A DNA stretch of 64,000 nt from Actinomycetes bacterium (GTDB lineage Bacteria; Actinomycetota; Thermoleophilia; RBG-16-64-13). Position numbers and translations under genes: made by a program. The notes beneath the pieces were generated by a model. The model ran no database searches. It was not told the origin of the DNA and saw only the letters and a program-made list of their open reading frames with translations. Numbering within the stretch: the stretch's first letter is position 1; every line of letters starts with the position of its first letter. The stretch covers positions 11,626 to 75,625 of the forward strand of contig JAGXFW010000025.1 of NCBI GenBank assembly GCA_024637035.1. Reading direction: 5' to 3'. This document shows positions 36,316 to 47,193 of this stretch, one piece after another.

Positions 36316-37731
36316 TCAGACGGTCGCCTCCTGTTCGCCGGGCGCTTCTTTCGCGAAGACCATCTGCCAGAAGGTCATCAGCAGGCCCACGATCAGCACG
36401 ACCCCGAACACCAGCACCACCTTGAACCAGAACTGCATGTTGGCCTGCGCCACCATGAAGCCCTGGCCGAGCACACGTTCCACGTACGTCTGGATGATGC
36501 CGGCCACCGCCATGGCGACTCCGAGACCGAGTACAGCCAGGCTCATGATCCAGAACCCGGATATGGCCGCGGTGGCATCCACCTTCCTGACTCCCCGCAA
36601 CTTCGGCATCGCGTACCAGAACATGGTGAAGTTCAGAAGCGCGTAGGCGCCGAAGAAGGCGAGGTGCCCGTGGCTGGCCGTCACCTGACTCCCGTGCGTG
36701 AAGTAGTTGATCTGGGGAAGGGTGTGCGCGAAGCCGAACACCCCGGCTCCGATCAAGTGACCCACGGCGGTGCCGACCGCGAAGGTCCACACCACCTTGT
36801 CCTTGATCACGACACCCTTCTGACGCTGCGTGCGGAAGGTGTCGATGACCATCGCGATGATGGGCAGCACCTCCATGGCGCTGAAGATCCCTCCGATCCA
36901 CAACCACGTGCTCGGGGCGCCGATCCAATAGTAGTGGTGACCGGTGCCCGCAAGACCGGTGAACAGGAAGAGTGCGGTCTCGATGTAGAGGTACTTCTCC
37001 ACCACCCTCCGGTCCACACCCGTGACCTTGATCAGCACGAAGGCCAAGATGGCGGCTGTCACGAGCTCCCATGCGCCTTCCACCCACAGGTGCACCACCC
37101 ACCACCAGTAGAACCAGTCGATGGTGAGGTTCCGATAGAAGGGCATGCCGAAGATGTACAGCAGCGCCAGGAAGACGAGACCTCCCAGGAGCATGCCGAG
37201 GATCGCGGTCTTCTTGCCCTTGATGACGGTCATTGCGACGTTGAACAGGAAGATGAGCGCCCCGATGACCACCACGAAGTCCAGCGGTGTGGGGATCTCG
37301 AGGATCGGTTTGCCCTGCGTCCATCCGAAGGCAAAGCCAACAAGAGCGATGACGCCTGTGGCCACGAAGGCCACCAGTTGGATGTACGCCAGTTTGACAC
37401 TATAGATCTCGCGTTCCGCTTCCTCAGGCACGAGGTAGTACGTGCCTCCCATGAATCCGAGGAGCATCCACAGGACGAGCAGGTTGGTATGCATGGCCCG
37501 CGTGAGGCCGAAGGGAAGCGCATCCACGATGTTCTGCGGGATTGTGAAAGCGTAGCTGATCCCCAGCCATAGACCCACGAGCAGTTGGAGCACGAAGAGA
37601 GCGAGGGCGATGACGAAGTACCAGTAGGCCACCCGCTGAGAAGCATAGGGAACGAGCACTTCTTCGCCGCCGGTCACCTTCTCCGGAGCGGCTTCAGTCA
37701 TCGTCGTCTGTAGAACGGCTGCTTCCGCCAT
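36316..37731 (-). CDS. norB: Nitric oxide reductase large subunit (cNOR)
   Basis: RAMHTN, WWWVVHLWVEGAWE, GTGHHYYW and HGHLAFFG motifs. Confidence 0.93.
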   Translation of the reverse strand: MAEAAVLQTTMTEAAPEKVTGGEEVLVPYASQRVAYWYFVIALALFVLQLLVGLWLGISYAFTIPQNIVDALPFGLTRAMHTNLLVLWMLLGFMGGTYYLVPEEAEREIYSVKLAYIQLVAFVATGVIALVGFAFGWTQGKPILEIPTPLDFVVVIGALIFLFNVAMTVIKGKKTAILGMLLGGLVFLALLYIFGMPFYRNLTIDWFYWWWVVHLWVEGAWELVTAAILAFVLIKVTGVDRRVVEKYLYIETALFLFTGLAGTGHHYYWIGAPSTWLWIGGIFSAMEVLPIIAMVIDTFRTQRQKGVVIKDKVVWTFAVGTAVGHLIGAGVFGFAHTLPQINYFTHGSQVTASHGHLAFFGAYALLNFTMFWYAMPKLRGVRKVDATAAISGFWIMSLAVLGLGVAMAVAGIIQTYVERVLGQGFMVAQANMQFWFKVVLVFGVVLIVGLLMTFWQMVFAKEAPGEQEATV

Positions 37732-37745
37732 TGTTCGTCACCTCC

Positions 37746-38444
37746 TCACTGTTGTTTGGCGAGGAACTCGCCGATGGCTGAACGGTCGTCGTCGCTCACG
37801 GTGGTCTGCGGCGGCATCGTCGATTGCGGATCCACCGATGTCGGTTCGGCTATGTAAGCCGCGACGGTGGCCGCGTCGTACGTGGCGCCGATGGTGTCGA
37901 GGGCCGGGCCGATGCTACCGCCCGCCCCGCCGATGGAGTGACAGCCGATGCAGTTCTGCTGGAAGGCGGCCGCCCCCCGAGAGAGACCGGCGCCACCGGT
38001 AGCCCGGCGTTCTGCGGCCGACATCCGCTCCTCGGAGTCCTGCGGCGGCCAGTCATGGTTGTCGATCTTGGAGACCCACTCGAGGAATGCCGCTAGGTCG
38101 GTGGCCTCCTGCTCGGTCACGCCCAGGTTCGGCATCTTCCGGAAGGAGTCCTTGAAGACCACCTCCGGCTGCAGCACCACCTGCTTGATCCCTTCGGTGC
38201 CTATCCGCTTATGGACCTTGGTGACGTCCGGCGCGTAGTACACGCCGAATCCCAAGATCGTGTGGCATAGGTTGCAGTTCTTCTTCTCCCAGACGCGCTT
38301 TCCAGCGACCACCTGTTCGCTGAGTTTGTCCGCGTTGGTGAGAGCGTCCACCTGCCGATGGGTGTCCCACGTAAGGCCCAGGAAAATAGCGAGTGATGTG
38401 AGCGTGCCGGCCAGAAAGATGTAGAACGCTTTCTTGTTGACCAC
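37746..38444 (-). CDS. norC: Nitric oxide reductase cytochrome c subunit with two heme motifs
   Basis: N-terminal TM, CNLCH...YAPDVT...KMPN; second domain CIGCH...GPAL...TMPP. Confidence 0.88.
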   Translation of the reverse strand: MVNKKAFYIFLAGTLTSLAIFLGLTWDTHRQVDALTNADKLSEQVVAGKRVWEKKNCNLCHTILGFGVYYAPDVTKVHKRIGTEGIKQVVLQPEVVFKDSFRKMPNLGVTEQEATDLAAFLEWVSKIDNHDWPPQDSEERMSAAERRATGGAGLSRGAAAFQQNCIGCHSIGGAGGSIGPALDTIGATYDAATVAAYIAEPTSVDPQSTMPPQTTVSDDDRSAIGEFLAKQQ

Positions 38445-38645
38445 GTAGGGCGCCTCCTTTCTCTTTCAGGGCTTGTCATTCGTACGCCTGACCTCCTCTG
38501 ATTCCAACATGTTCGCAGGAAAAACTCAAGAGCTAGTCGCGCGGCGACATCGGACGGGCGTCATACGTCGCGCCGAGGAGGGACCCGGACGAGCCGCCGG
38601 AGTCGTGCAGGGCGCCAGGAGCACCGCGGGCGCCGCAGACGGCGC

Positions 38646-40325
38646 CTACTCGTTCGCGGGTTCGGCGGGCTCGGGCTCGGGCTCGGCCGCGTCGGCTGCG
38701 TCGTCATGTGAGAACCGGTCGCGCGCGGCGCTCCAACCGCCCTGGAACAGGTCGGCCACCCCGTGGGTGAAATCGCGGGCTTCCTCGAGCATCATCTCTT
38801 TCAGAGCAGAGGAGTAGGCTCCCACCGACCGGTAGCGCTCGTATCGCTGACGCAGCAGCTTCTTGAGCGGGATGTTGTCGACCTCGGAGACCTCGCGCAC
38901 CAGCGCGTCGCGCAGTTCGCGCGCGGCGGACTCCGGATCGGCGTGGGCTCCGCCCTCCGGCTCCGGGATCACGCCATCTACGATATGCAGCTTGATCAGG
39001 TCGGGCGGAGTGAGTTTGAGCTGGTCGGAGATGTCTTCCGCCCGGCTCGAGTCGCGGTAGAGGATCGCGGCCGCGCCTTCGGGCGCGATCACCGAGTAGA
39101 TGGTGTTCTCCTGCATGAGTACCCGGTCGCAGGCGCCAAGCGCCAGGGCCCCGCCCGAGCCGCCCTCACCCACGACCACCGCGACCGTAGGTGTGCGCAG
39201 GTCGCTCATCAGGCTAAGGCAGGTCGCCAGGCTCATGGCAATGCCCCGCTCCTCGGCCTCGAACGTGGGCATGGCGCCCGGGGTGTCGATAAGTGAGACC
39301 AAGGGCAGACGGAATTTCTCGGCCAGACGCATAGCCCGCTGGGCCTTGCGATAGCCCTCGGGAAGCATGCGCCCGCCCCTTCGGCGAGCGTCGCCGTGGC
39401 CTCGTTCCTGACCCATCACGACCACAGAGCGTCCGCCCAGCTTTGCGAACCCCATGACCAGGGCGGGGTCGTCGCCGAAGAGACGATCGCCGTGGAGTTC
39501 CACGAAATCGTCGAAGACGCGGCCGATGTAGTCGAGAGAGGTGGGGCGGTCGTCGCGGCGCGCTCTCTGCACCACGTCCCAGCTCCGGCCCTCGGGGAGC
39601 GCGACGGGCTGCTCCTTGCGCACCGTCTCCATCTGCTCGGGGCGGAACTCGTCGGCCAGACATGAGAGCAGAGCGGTGAGCACCGACTTCAGGCGGGCCG
39701 GTTCGACAACGGCGTCGATCATGCCGTGCTCGAGGAGGAACTCTGCGGTGTGGGAACCGGGGGGGAGCGGCTCGCCCATCGTCTGCTCCACCACCCGCGG
39801 GCCTGCGAATCCGATCAGAGCACCGGGCTCGGCCAAGATCACGTCGCCCAAGCAGGCGAAGCTGGCGTAGATGCCCCCGGTGGTCGGATTCGAGAGGATC
39901 GAGACGAAGGGCACCCCGCGCTCGCGGAGCCGGGTGGCCGCCGCGGCCGTCTTCGCCATCTGAAGGAGCGAGATCATGCCTTCCTGCATACGGGCGCCAC
40001 CCGAGGTGGCGACCGTCACGATAGGCGTGTCCTCACGGGTGGCCCGCTCGAAGGCGCGGGCGATCTTCTCGCCCACCACCGAGCCCATGGATCCACCCAT
40101 GAACTCGAAGTCGAGCACCGCCAGTATGGCCGGAAAGCCGCCTATGCGGCACTGTCCCGTCACCACGGCGTCGCGCAGCCCCGTCTTCTCGCGGGCGTTC
40201 TTCAGACGCTCGGGGTACGACTTGTCGTCGGCGAAATGAAGCGGGTCGGCGGCCGAGAAGTAGCGGTCGGTCTCCTTGAAGGAGCCGGCGTCGGCCAGGC
40301 GCTCGATGCGCTCCCTCGCCTTCAC
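38646..40325 (-). CDS. Fused acyl-CoA carboxylase carboxyltransferase beta-alpha (AccD-AccA), lacking the zinc ribbon
   Basis: [14 protein letters not shown] and SGGARMQEG (AccD); [14 protein letters not shown] and [10 protein letters not shown] (AccA); GTG start overlaps the sucD stop. Confidence 0.9.
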   Translation of the reverse strand: MKARERIERLADAGSFKETDRYFSAADPLHFADDKSYPERLKNAREKTGLRDAVVTGQCRIGGFPAILAVLDFEFMGGSMGSVVGEKIARAFERATREDTPIVTVATSGGARMQEGMISLLQMAKTAAAATRLRERGVPFVSILSNPTTGGIYASFACLGDVILAEPGALIGFAGPRVVEQTMGEPLPPGSHTAEFLLEHGMIDAVVEPARLKSVLTALLSCLADEFRPEQMETVRKEQPVALPEGRSWDVVQRARRDDRPTSLDYIGRVFDDFVELHGDRLFGDDPALVMGFAKLGGRSVVVMGQERGHGDARRRGGRMLPEGYRKAQRAMRLAEKFRLPLVSLIDTPGAMPTFEAEERGIAMSLATCLSLMSDLRTPTVAVVVGEGGSGGALALGACDRVLMQENTIYSVIAPEGAAAILYRDSSRAEDISDQLKLTPPDLIKLHIVDGVIPEPEGGAHADPESAARELRDALVREVSEVDNIPLKKLLRQRYERYRSVGAYSSALKEMMLEEARDFTHGVADLFQGGWSAARDRFSHDDAADAAEPEPEPAEPANE

Positions 40326-41197
40326 AGCTCCGCCACGACCGCCTGCACGAGCTCTGCCACCTGGGTGGGGTTCACTCCCACCCGTATGCCCACGGCTTCC
40401 AGAGCCTCCTTCTTGGCGCCCGCGGTGCCCGACGTGCCCGAGATGATCGCGCCGGCATGGCCCATCTGCTTGCCCGGGGGCGCCGTGAAGCCTGCGATGT
40501 AGGCCACCACCGGTTTCGTGACCTCACGAGTGATGAACTCCGCCGCCTGCTCCTCTTCGTTCCCGCCGATCTCGCCCACCATGGCGATCACCTTGGTCTC
40601 GGGGTCGGCTTGGAACCGGGCGAGGATATCGATGAAGCTCGAACCGACGATGGGATCGCCCCCGATGCCCACGGCGGTCGACTGACCGAGACCCTTCTGG
40701 GTCAGCTCGTTCGCGATCTGGTAGGTGAGTGTGCCGGAGCGACTGACCAGACCCACGTTGCCGGGCAGAAAAATCTGGGGCGGCATGATGCCCACGTTGG
40801 CCTTCCCGGGGGATATGACACCCGGGCAGTTCGGGCCGATCATGGCCACGCCCTTGGCCCGCAGGTAGTTGTACACCTTCAGCATCTCGTGGGCCGGGAT
40901 GCCCTCGGTGATGGTCACGATGAGGCGAACGCCGCTGTCGATGGCCTCATACATGGCATCGGCCGCGAACCGCGGCGGCACGAAGATCATGGAGACGTCG
41001 GCTCCCGTGGCGGCCACCGCATCGCTCACGGTGTCGAACACCGGGATACCCTCCACGTCCTGCCCGCCCTTACCGGGGGTGACCCCGGCCACCACCTGCG
41101 TGCCGTACGTGCGATTGCGGAGTGCGTGGAAGGAACCCTCACGCCCGGTGAGACCCTGCACGACGAGTTTCGTGCCCTTGTCGATGAGAATGGCCAT
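40322..41197 (-). CDS. sucD: Succinate--CoA ligase alpha subunit
   Basis: [14 protein letters not shown] and MGHAGA (phospho-His) motifs. Confidence 0.95.
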   Translation of the reverse strand: MAILIDKGTKLVVQGLTGREGSFHALRNRTYGTQVVAGVTPGKGGQDVEGIPVFDTVSDAVAATGADVSMIFVPPRFAADAMYEAIDSGVRLIVTITEGIPAHEMLKVYNYLRAKGVAMIGPNCPGVISPGKANVGIMPPQIFLPGNVGLVSRSGTLTYQIANELTQKGLGQSTAVGIGGDPIVGSSFIDILARFQADPETKVIAMVGEIGGNEEEQAAEFITREVTKPVVAYIAGFTAPPGKQMGHAGAIISGTSGTAGAKKEALEAVGIRVGVNPTQVAELVQAVVAEL

Positions 41198-42348
41198 CAG
41201 CTCTCCCTCCCGGCGGCCAGCGCTACGGCCCTGTCGGCGGCGTCGAGCATGGTGGCCTCCACGTACAGGTTGGGCACATCGGCCTGGGCGAGTATCTCGC
41301 GCCCCTCGACATCATGGGTGCCGTCAAGCCGCACCACGATGGGCATCGTGATGCCCATCTGTGCCACCGCGGCGAGCACGCCGTTGGCCACCTCGTCACA
41401 CCGAGTGATGCCCCCGAAGATGTTGAAGAAGATAGCCTTGACCTCTGGGTCGGAGGTGATCACCTCCAGTGCGCTGACGATCTCCTCCGCCTTGGCACCG
41501 CCCCCCACATCCAAGAAGTTGGCGGGTGCGCCTCCAGCATCGGCCACCACGTCGAGGGTGCTCATGACCAGGCCGGCGCCGTTCCCGAGCACGCCTATGT
41601 CGCCGCCGAGTTTCACGTAGGTGACACCCCGCTCCAGAGCCATCTGTTCCTGAGGGTCCGCCGCCTGGACGTCGCGCATCGCCACCACCTCCGGATGGCG
41701 GTACAAGCTGTTGTTGTCCACCGAGAACTTCGAGTCGAGCGCCACGAGACGCCCGTCAGCGGTGAGGATGAGGGGGTTGACCTCCACCAGCGTGGCCTCG
41801 TAGCGCGTGAAGACGTCCCATAGCTTCGTGAAGACCTCGCTCATCGGTCGCACGAGTTCGGCCCCGAGCCCCGCGCCGAAGCACAGACGGCGGGAGATGT
41901 AGTCGCTCCACCCGGCCAGGGGATCCACCCATACACGGCTCAGCGCCTCGGGATGCTCGTGCGCGACCTGCTCGATGTCCATGCCGCCGATGCCCGAGAG
42001 CATGGCGAGCACCTTCTTCGCTCCCCTATCGAGTATCAGCGCCGCGTACATCTCGCGCGCGATGTCGGAGGCCTCCTCGACCAGCACGCGGTGCACGGTG
42101 TGTCCGTGGATGTCCATGCCGAGAATCGCCTCGGCTGCGGCGCGCGCTTCGGCGGGGCCGTCGGCCAACTTCACGCCGCCGGCCTTGCCGCGGCCCCCCA
42201 CCTGCACCTGCGCCTTCACCACGACCCGGCCGCCGATCTCAGCCGCGGCCGCCTCAGCTTCCTCCGGCGTCACCGCGACCATGCCGCGAGGCACAGGCAG
42301 ACCCACTGTGGCGAAGAGCTCCTTGCCTTGAAACTCGTACAGATCCAT
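41197..42348 (-). CDS. sucC: Succinate--CoA ligase beta subunit
   Basis: [35 protein letters not shown] and [10 protein letters not shown] motifs. Confidence 0.95.
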   Translation of the reverse strand: MDLYEFQGKELFATVGLPVPRGMVAVTPEEAEAAAAEIGGRVVVKAQVQVGGRGKAGGVKLADGPAEARAAAEAILGMDIHGHTVHRVLVEEASDIAREMYAALILDRGAKKVLAMLSGIGGMDIEQVAHEHPEALSRVWVDPLAGWSDYISRRLCFGAGLGAELVRPMSEVFTKLWDVFTRYEATLVEVNPLILTADGRLVALDSKFSVDNNSLYRHPEVVAMRDVQAADPQEQMALERGVTYVKLGGDIGVLGNGAGLVMSTLDVVADAGGAPANFLDVGGGAKAEEIVSALEVITSDPEVKAIFFNIFGGITRCDEVANGVLAAVAQMGITMPIVVRLDGTHDVEGREILAQADVPNLYVEATMLDAADRAVALAAGRES

Positions 42349-42429
42349 CCAAAGACCCCCCGATATCGATGACCTCGTCCCCCGGAGGGTCGCCTGGTAG
42401 CCCCCCTCCGCCGCGTGAGGACGCGTCGG

Positions 42430-44049
42430 TCAGATGTGCACCGATCCGCCGCCCTTGAACTGCCCGAACTCTTGGCGAAGCACTCCCGCGATCTCTCCCA
42501 GAGTCGCGTAGGCGCGCAGCGCGTCCTTCATCGGATAGAGCAGGTTGTCCGACGACTTAGCCGCCTCACGCATGCGTTCGAGCGCCGCGTCCACTGCCGC
42601 CTGGTCGCGCTCCTCCCGCAGATCCGCCAAACGCCGCTCCTGCAACGCCTGCACAGATGGGTCGACTCGATGCAGCGCGATGCGCGGCTTCTCTCCCGAT
42701 GCGAACTTGTTCAAGCCCACGACGACGCGGTCGCCCCGTTCGATGGAACGCTGGTACTCGTACGCCGAATCCTCGATGGCGCGCTGCATGAAGCCCTGCT
42801 CGATCGCCTTCACGGCGCCGCCGAGCCGGTCGATCTCGTCCATGAGGTCCTGAGCTTTGGCCTGGAGGTCGTCGGTGAGGGTCTCCACCGCGAAGGATCC
42901 GGCCAGCGGGTCGGGGATGTCGGCCACCCCGGACTCGTACCCGATGATCTGCTGGGTGCGCAGGGCGATGGCCACGGAGTCATCGGAGGGCAGCGCGAGC
43001 GCCTCGTCGAAGGAGTTCGTGTGCAGAGACTGCGTGCCTCCGAGCACGGCCGCGAGCGCCTGGAGCGCTACGCGCACCACGTTGTTGTGCGGCTGCTGAG
43101 CGGTCAGAGTGCAACCCGCCGTCTGGGTGTGGAAGCGGAGCATCTGGCTCTTCGGATCGGTCGCGCCGAAACGATCGCGCATGATGTCCGCCCACATGCG
43201 CCGCGCCGCCCGATACTTGGCGACCTCTTCGAGCAGGTTGTTGTGCGCGTTGAAAAAGAATGAGAGCTGGCCCGCGAAAGTGTCCACCTGCAAGCCGGCA
43301 TCAACGGCCGCCTTGACGTAGGCGATGCCGTTGGCCAGCGTGAAGGCGAGTTCCTCCGCCGCCGACGAGCCCGCTTCCCTGATGTGATAGCCGGAGATGG
43401 AGATCGTGTTCCAGTTCGGCAGGTTCGCCTGACAATACGCGAAGATGTCGGTGATGATGCGCATGGAAGGGGCAGGCGGGAAGATGTACGTGCCGCGGGC
43501 GACGTACTCCTTGAGGATGTCGTTCTGGATCGTGCCCCGGAGCCCGCGAGTGTCCACGCCCTGCTTCTCGGCCACCAACTCGTACATGAGTAGCAGCACC
43601 GCAGCCGGCGAGTTGATGGTCATCGATGTCGACACCTTGTCGAGCGGGATGCCCTCGAAGAGCGCCTCCATGTCGCGGAGCGAGTCGATGGCCACCCCTA
43701 CCTTGCCCACCTCGCCCTCGGCCAAGGGGTGATCGGAGTCATACCCCATCTGGGTGGGCAGGTCGAAGGCCACCGAGAGCCCGGTCTGGCCGCGCTCCAG
43801 CAGGTAGTGATAGCGGCGGTTCGATTCCTCGGCCGACGCGAAGCCTGCATACTGGCGCATGGTCCAAAGGCGGCCCCGATACATCGAGGGATACACTCCG
43901 CGCGTGAAGGGGAACTCGCCGGCGGAGCCGAGATCCCCCTCCCAGTCCTTGTCGGCTACGTCGGCCCACGTGTACACGGGCCGGAGTTCGACTCCCGAAT
44001 CGGTGAAGCGGGCGCTGGGGCCACCCGAGGTCGACTTGTCCTCAGCCAT
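42430..44049 (-). CDS. Methylmalonyl-CoA mutase, substrate-binding (large) subunit without a B12-binding domain
   Basis: [15 protein letters not shown] (Tyr specificity residue), [15 protein letters not shown] and [11 protein letters not shown] motifs. Confidence 0.92.
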   Translation of the reverse strand: MAEDKSTSGGPSARFTDSGVELRPVYTWADVADKDWEGDLGSAGEFPFTRGVYPSMYRGRLWTMRQYAGFASAEESNRRYHYLLERGQTGLSVAFDLPTQMGYDSDHPLAEGEVGKVGVAIDSLRDMEALFEGIPLDKVSTSMTINSPAAVLLLMYELVAEKQGVDTRGLRGTIQNDILKEYVARGTYIFPPAPSMRIITDIFAYCQANLPNWNTISISGYHIREAGSSAAEELAFTLANGIAYVKAAVDAGLQVDTFAGQLSFFFNAHNNLLEEVAKYRAARRMWADIMRDRFGATDPKSQMLRFHTQTAGCTLTAQQPHNNVVRVALQALAAVLGGTQSLHTNSFDEALALPSDDSVAIALRTQQIIGYESGVADIPDPLAGSFAVETLTDDLQAKAQDLMDEIDRLGGAVKAIEQGFMQRAIEDSAYEYQRSIERGDRVVVGLNKFASGEKPRIALHRVDPSVQALQERRLADLREERDQAAVDAALERMREAAKSSDNLLYPMKDALRAYATLGEIAGVLRQEFGQFKGGGSVHI

Positions 44050-44077
44050 GTCTACTCCTTCGCGAGACGGACGGGCC

Positions 44078-44479
44078 TCAGCCCCTCTGTACCAACTCCG
44101 ACAGCACACCGAACGTGCTCTTCGGGTGCAGGAAAGCGATGCGAGAACCGGCGAGCCCGATGCGTGGGGTCTCGTCCACCAGACGTACGCCCGAGGCCTT
44201 CAAGCGCGCCAGTTCGCCCTCGATGTCGTCCACGGCGTAGGCGATATGGTGCATCCCCGCACCCTTGTCGGCGAGAAAGCGTGCGATAGGGGAATCATCG
44301 CGGATCGGTCGCAGCAACTCTATCGTGGTCTGCCCGATCTCGAGGGCTACTGCTTCGACCCCTTGGTCTTCAAGGATCTCTCTGTGGTGCACGTGCAGAG
44401 CGAACCCATCCTGGTACAAGGCAAGGGCGGCGTCAAGGTCGGGGACGGCTATGCCGAGGTGATCGATCTTGGAGAACAT
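44078..44479 (-). CDS. mce: Methylmalonyl-CoA epimerase
   Basis: [15 protein letters not shown] and [16 protein letters not shown] motifs. Confidence 0.93.
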   Translation of the reverse strand: MFSKIDHLGIAVPDLDAALALYQDGFALHVHHREILEDQGVEAVALEIGQTTIELLRPIRDDSPIARFLADKGAGMHHIAYAVDDIEGELARLKASGVRLVDETPRIGLAGSRIAFLHPKSTFGVLSELVQRG

Positions 44480-44737
44480 GTGGAGAATCCCTCCTTGTCC
44501 GGCGAGGCGAGTGGACGGCACGTTCTTGGTATGTCATCTGACCCTCCGTGCTCCGCCCGGGGTAGGGACCGAGTCCGTAGCCCGGGGGGGGAGACCATGA
44601 TAGTCGCTTGGCCCACGGTGCGCCACTAGTGCGCCGCCCGGGTCCCGGCTAAGGGCGCGGCGGCGGAATGGGCGGCCGGCGCAGGCGGATCGGCGGCGCC
44701 CTGACTGGACGAGCGACGCGCGCCGCCCGGGCGAGTT

Positions 44738-45193
44738 CTACCCTGCGCCCTCGGCCACGAGGGCTCTCAACGCCTCGGTCAACTCGGCCGACCGCACGTA
44801 GCCCACCTCGGGAGCGCCGTCGGCTTCGCGGTGCTGGTACTTCACCCAGTCGGGCTCCAGGGTAGCCGCCACCTCCGAGAACAAGAACACGCGGCCGTCG
44901 GAGAGGGTCACCCGGACCCCCGGAGGAGTAGTTCATTCGAAGAGCAGATCGGGAGGCCACAGCGCGCGGGCCTCGGCCGTGGCCGAGAAGAACCGGGCCA
45001 CCGACTCACCGGCCGGCCCTGAGGGATCTACGTCCACCCACCCTTCTCGGGCCACCTGTAGCTGCGCGAGATCCTCGACGGCGATGTCCGGCCCTGGATC
45101 GTAGATGCGGTATGTCCAGTGCCCCACCGCTGCGCCGAGCACGAGCAGCACCACCACGAGCACCGCCCACCCGCGCCGACGGCGCTGCGTCAT
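44738..45193 (-). CDS. Membrane-anchored hypothetical protein with in-frame TGA at 44933-44935 (candidate selenoprotein, 151 aa)
   Basis: The frame stays open for 64 codons after the TGA, to TAG at 44738. The extension resembles the C-terminus of the adjacent gene. SECIS-like hairpin 11 nt after the TGA. Confidence 0.65.
44903..44921 (-). promoter_or_regulatory. Putative bacterial SECIS stem-loop
   Basis: UGA-ACUACUCCUCC-GGGGGUC-CGGGU-GACCCUC: 7-bp stem with G at loop position 2. Confidence 0.5.
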
Positions 45194-45621
45194 CTGGCCT
45201 CTACCTCGGCGGCGAGGCCGGCCATCACCTGCGCAAGCGCCGGCGACTCCAAGGAGCCCAGGTAGCTGCCGTCGCCCTCTGAGATGCCCACGTGTCTGTC
45301 ATCCCCGAGGATGAGATGGAACTGCAGCCCATCGTCGCGGAACAGTACGAGCAGCAGCGCGCCCTCCCGGCGCTCTACGGGCACGTTCGACACGGGGGCC
45401 TGGTTCACGGAGGCGAGCACGTCATCGACGAACCCTCCATCACTACCCCGTTCGTGCACCTCGAACTCGCGGATGTTCGTTCCATAGGGGCCGTAGGCGT
45501 AGGAATCGATGCGCGACCCGTCGAGCAACGCGTCGGGTTGGGCGAAGTAGAAGAAGTAGGCGGCAAGACCAGCCACCAAAGCTGCCACGACGGCGAGCCG
45601 GAACGATCGCTCCGCGATCAC
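45190..45621 (-). CDS. Membrane-anchored hypothetical protein
   Basis: N-terminal TM; start and stop overlap both neighbours. Confidence 0.7.
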   Translation of the reverse strand: MIAERSFRLAVVAALVAGLAAYFFYFAQPDALLDGSRIDSYAYGPYGTNIREFEVHERGSDGGFVDDVLASVNQAPVSNVPVERREGALLLVLFRDDGLQFHLILGDDRHVGISEGDGSYLGSLESPALAQVMAGLAAEVEAR

Positions 45622-46208
45622 GGGGACCCGATCATCCCCTCCGGCAACCGAAGACCCTCGATGATCACCGTACCCCCACTCGGGGGCCGGAACGCCATCT
45701 TCGGCGTCAGGCCGGCCGGACCACGGAACGTGACGATGAAATCGAACGTAGCGCCTTTGAGAAGCGACCGAGGCCCGGGACCTGTGAGTGTAGGCTCGGC
45801 TTCGGCATACGCTCCCCCAACGTCGAGGGAGAAGTGGAGCGGGTCGATGCGAACGACGGCGTCACCGTCGTTCGAGGCACGACCGAACGCTTGGTAGTAC
45901 ACCTGTCCGGATGCCAGGCCCGGCGGTGGTGAGGTGTCGACCGGCCATCGAGGTCGGGTCGGCACCTCGGCGGGATAAAAGCTCGTGATCACGACGGCCA
46001 TTCCCGAGACGGTGAACGGCTCACCCACGCCCACACTCATCTCCACCGGAGTGCCTCCATCCGGGTTCGTGGTGCCACCCGATGCCGGTGTGCCACCGTC
46101 CGAGCAGGTGAGCTGCCGCACCCCGAAGGCGACCGCCAGCACCAGCACGACGACAGCCACGAGTCGCAACATACGCTTGTTCGGTCTCGCTCTGGTGATC
46201 CTTGCCAT
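45618..46208 (-). CDS. Membrane-anchored/secreted beta-sandwich protein (DUF4352-like)
   Basis: Basic N-terminus, TM, Gly/Thr linker, then VGEPFTV...NDGD...DPLHFSL pattern. Confidence 0.65.
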   Translation of the reverse strand: MARITRARPNKRMLRLVAVVVLVLAVAFGVRQLTCSDGGTPASGGTTNPDGGTPVEMSVGVGEPFTVSGMAVVITSFYPAEVPTRPRWPVDTSPPPGLASGQVYYQAFGRASNDGDAVVRIDPLHFSLDVGGAYAEAEPTLTGPGPRSLLKGATFDFIVTFRGPAGLTPKMAFRPPSGGTVIIEGLRLPEGMIGSP

Positions 46209-46361
46209 CAGGCGGCTCCAGGCGCCCGAGGGGCGCCGCTCTGGGAAACCCGGCCGGCCGGACGGTCGCGTGCGTGCACCCCGGGACGTCCGTGCCAAGG
46301 TCGTCATGGTACCTTACGCCCGCCGTAATCGCCCACCGTCTGGGGGGACGGCATTGTCGAT

Positions 46362-47078
46362 CTACGCCTGGATCCCTCGCACCAGGAGCTCGGCCAGCGA
46401 ACGACCCATCGCGACCGGGTCCCCGTACCGTTCGCGCAGGCCGTGGCTCACGTGCACTCCGCGCGCCGCCGCCAGGAGCAACGGAGCGGTTGTGTCGGCA
46501 TCCACGTCGCGGAAGTCGCCCGCCGCCATGCCTTCCACCAAAACAGTTGCCAACTGCGCCACGAGCTCCTTCTCCACACCGTCGATGCGCTCTCTGATCT
46601 CGGCATCCACGAAGAGGGACGGGTCGCGCCGAGCCAGCGTGGATGTGCCCGCCTGCGTCGACAGACTTCCCACGTAGGCCACGAGTCCCGCGCTGAGTCG
46701 CCGCTGGAATCTCCCCTGGCCGCCTTCCGGGCCGACGACACGGCGGTCGTCGGGGCAGCCGGCGGGACGGTCGCCGCGACCCTCGTCATGCGCGTCCTCG
46801 TCGCCGCCGGCGAGCGCCTCGGAGACAGCTTCGGTGACGCACGAGCAGTGACGCTCCACCAAGGCCAGCAGGACGCCTCGCTTCGAGCCGTAGTGGTAGT
46901 ACAGGGCCGGGATCGACACACCCACACCCTCCGCGATCTCGCGCACCGAGGTGGCCGAGAACCCTTTGGCCGCGAACAGCGCATGCGCGACCACCAGGAT
47001 CCGCTCCCTCACGCTGTCGTCAGGAAGGCTGAGCGTGCCGACGTCGCCATTCGGAGTCGGCTTCACGCCCTGCTCCAT
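46362..47078 (-). CDS. TetR/AcrR family regulator
   Basis: RERILVVAHALFAAKGFSATSVREIAEGVGVSIPALYYHYGSK HTH. Confidence 0.93.
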   Translation of the reverse strand: MEQGVKPTPNGDVGTLSLPDDSVRERILVVAHALFAAKGFSATSVREIAEGVGVSIPALYYHYGSKRGVLLALVERHCSCVTEAVSEALAGGDEDAHDEGRGDRPAGCPDDRRVVGPEGGQGRFQRRLSAGLVAYVGSLSTQAGTSTLARRDPSLFVDAEIRERIDGVEKELVAQLATVLVEGMAAGDFRDVDADTTAPLLLAAARGVHVSHGLRERYGDPVAMGRSLAELLVRGIQA

Positions 47079-47132
47079 GCCACCTTGACTCTCTTCTCCA
47101 CGGTGTGGTTCAATGTGCCCCTTGTCGCTTGC

Positions 47133-47146
47133 TTAGCGAGCGCTAA
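47133..47146. promoter_or_regulatory. Probable TetR operator between divergent tetR and MFS genes
   Basis: Palindrome TTAGCG-AG-CGCTAA next to a TATAAC -10-like box. Confidence 0.65.
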
Positions 47147-47193
47147 CTATAACACCCGCGCCCCGCGGAACAAGCGCGCAGGAAGGACCTGAG

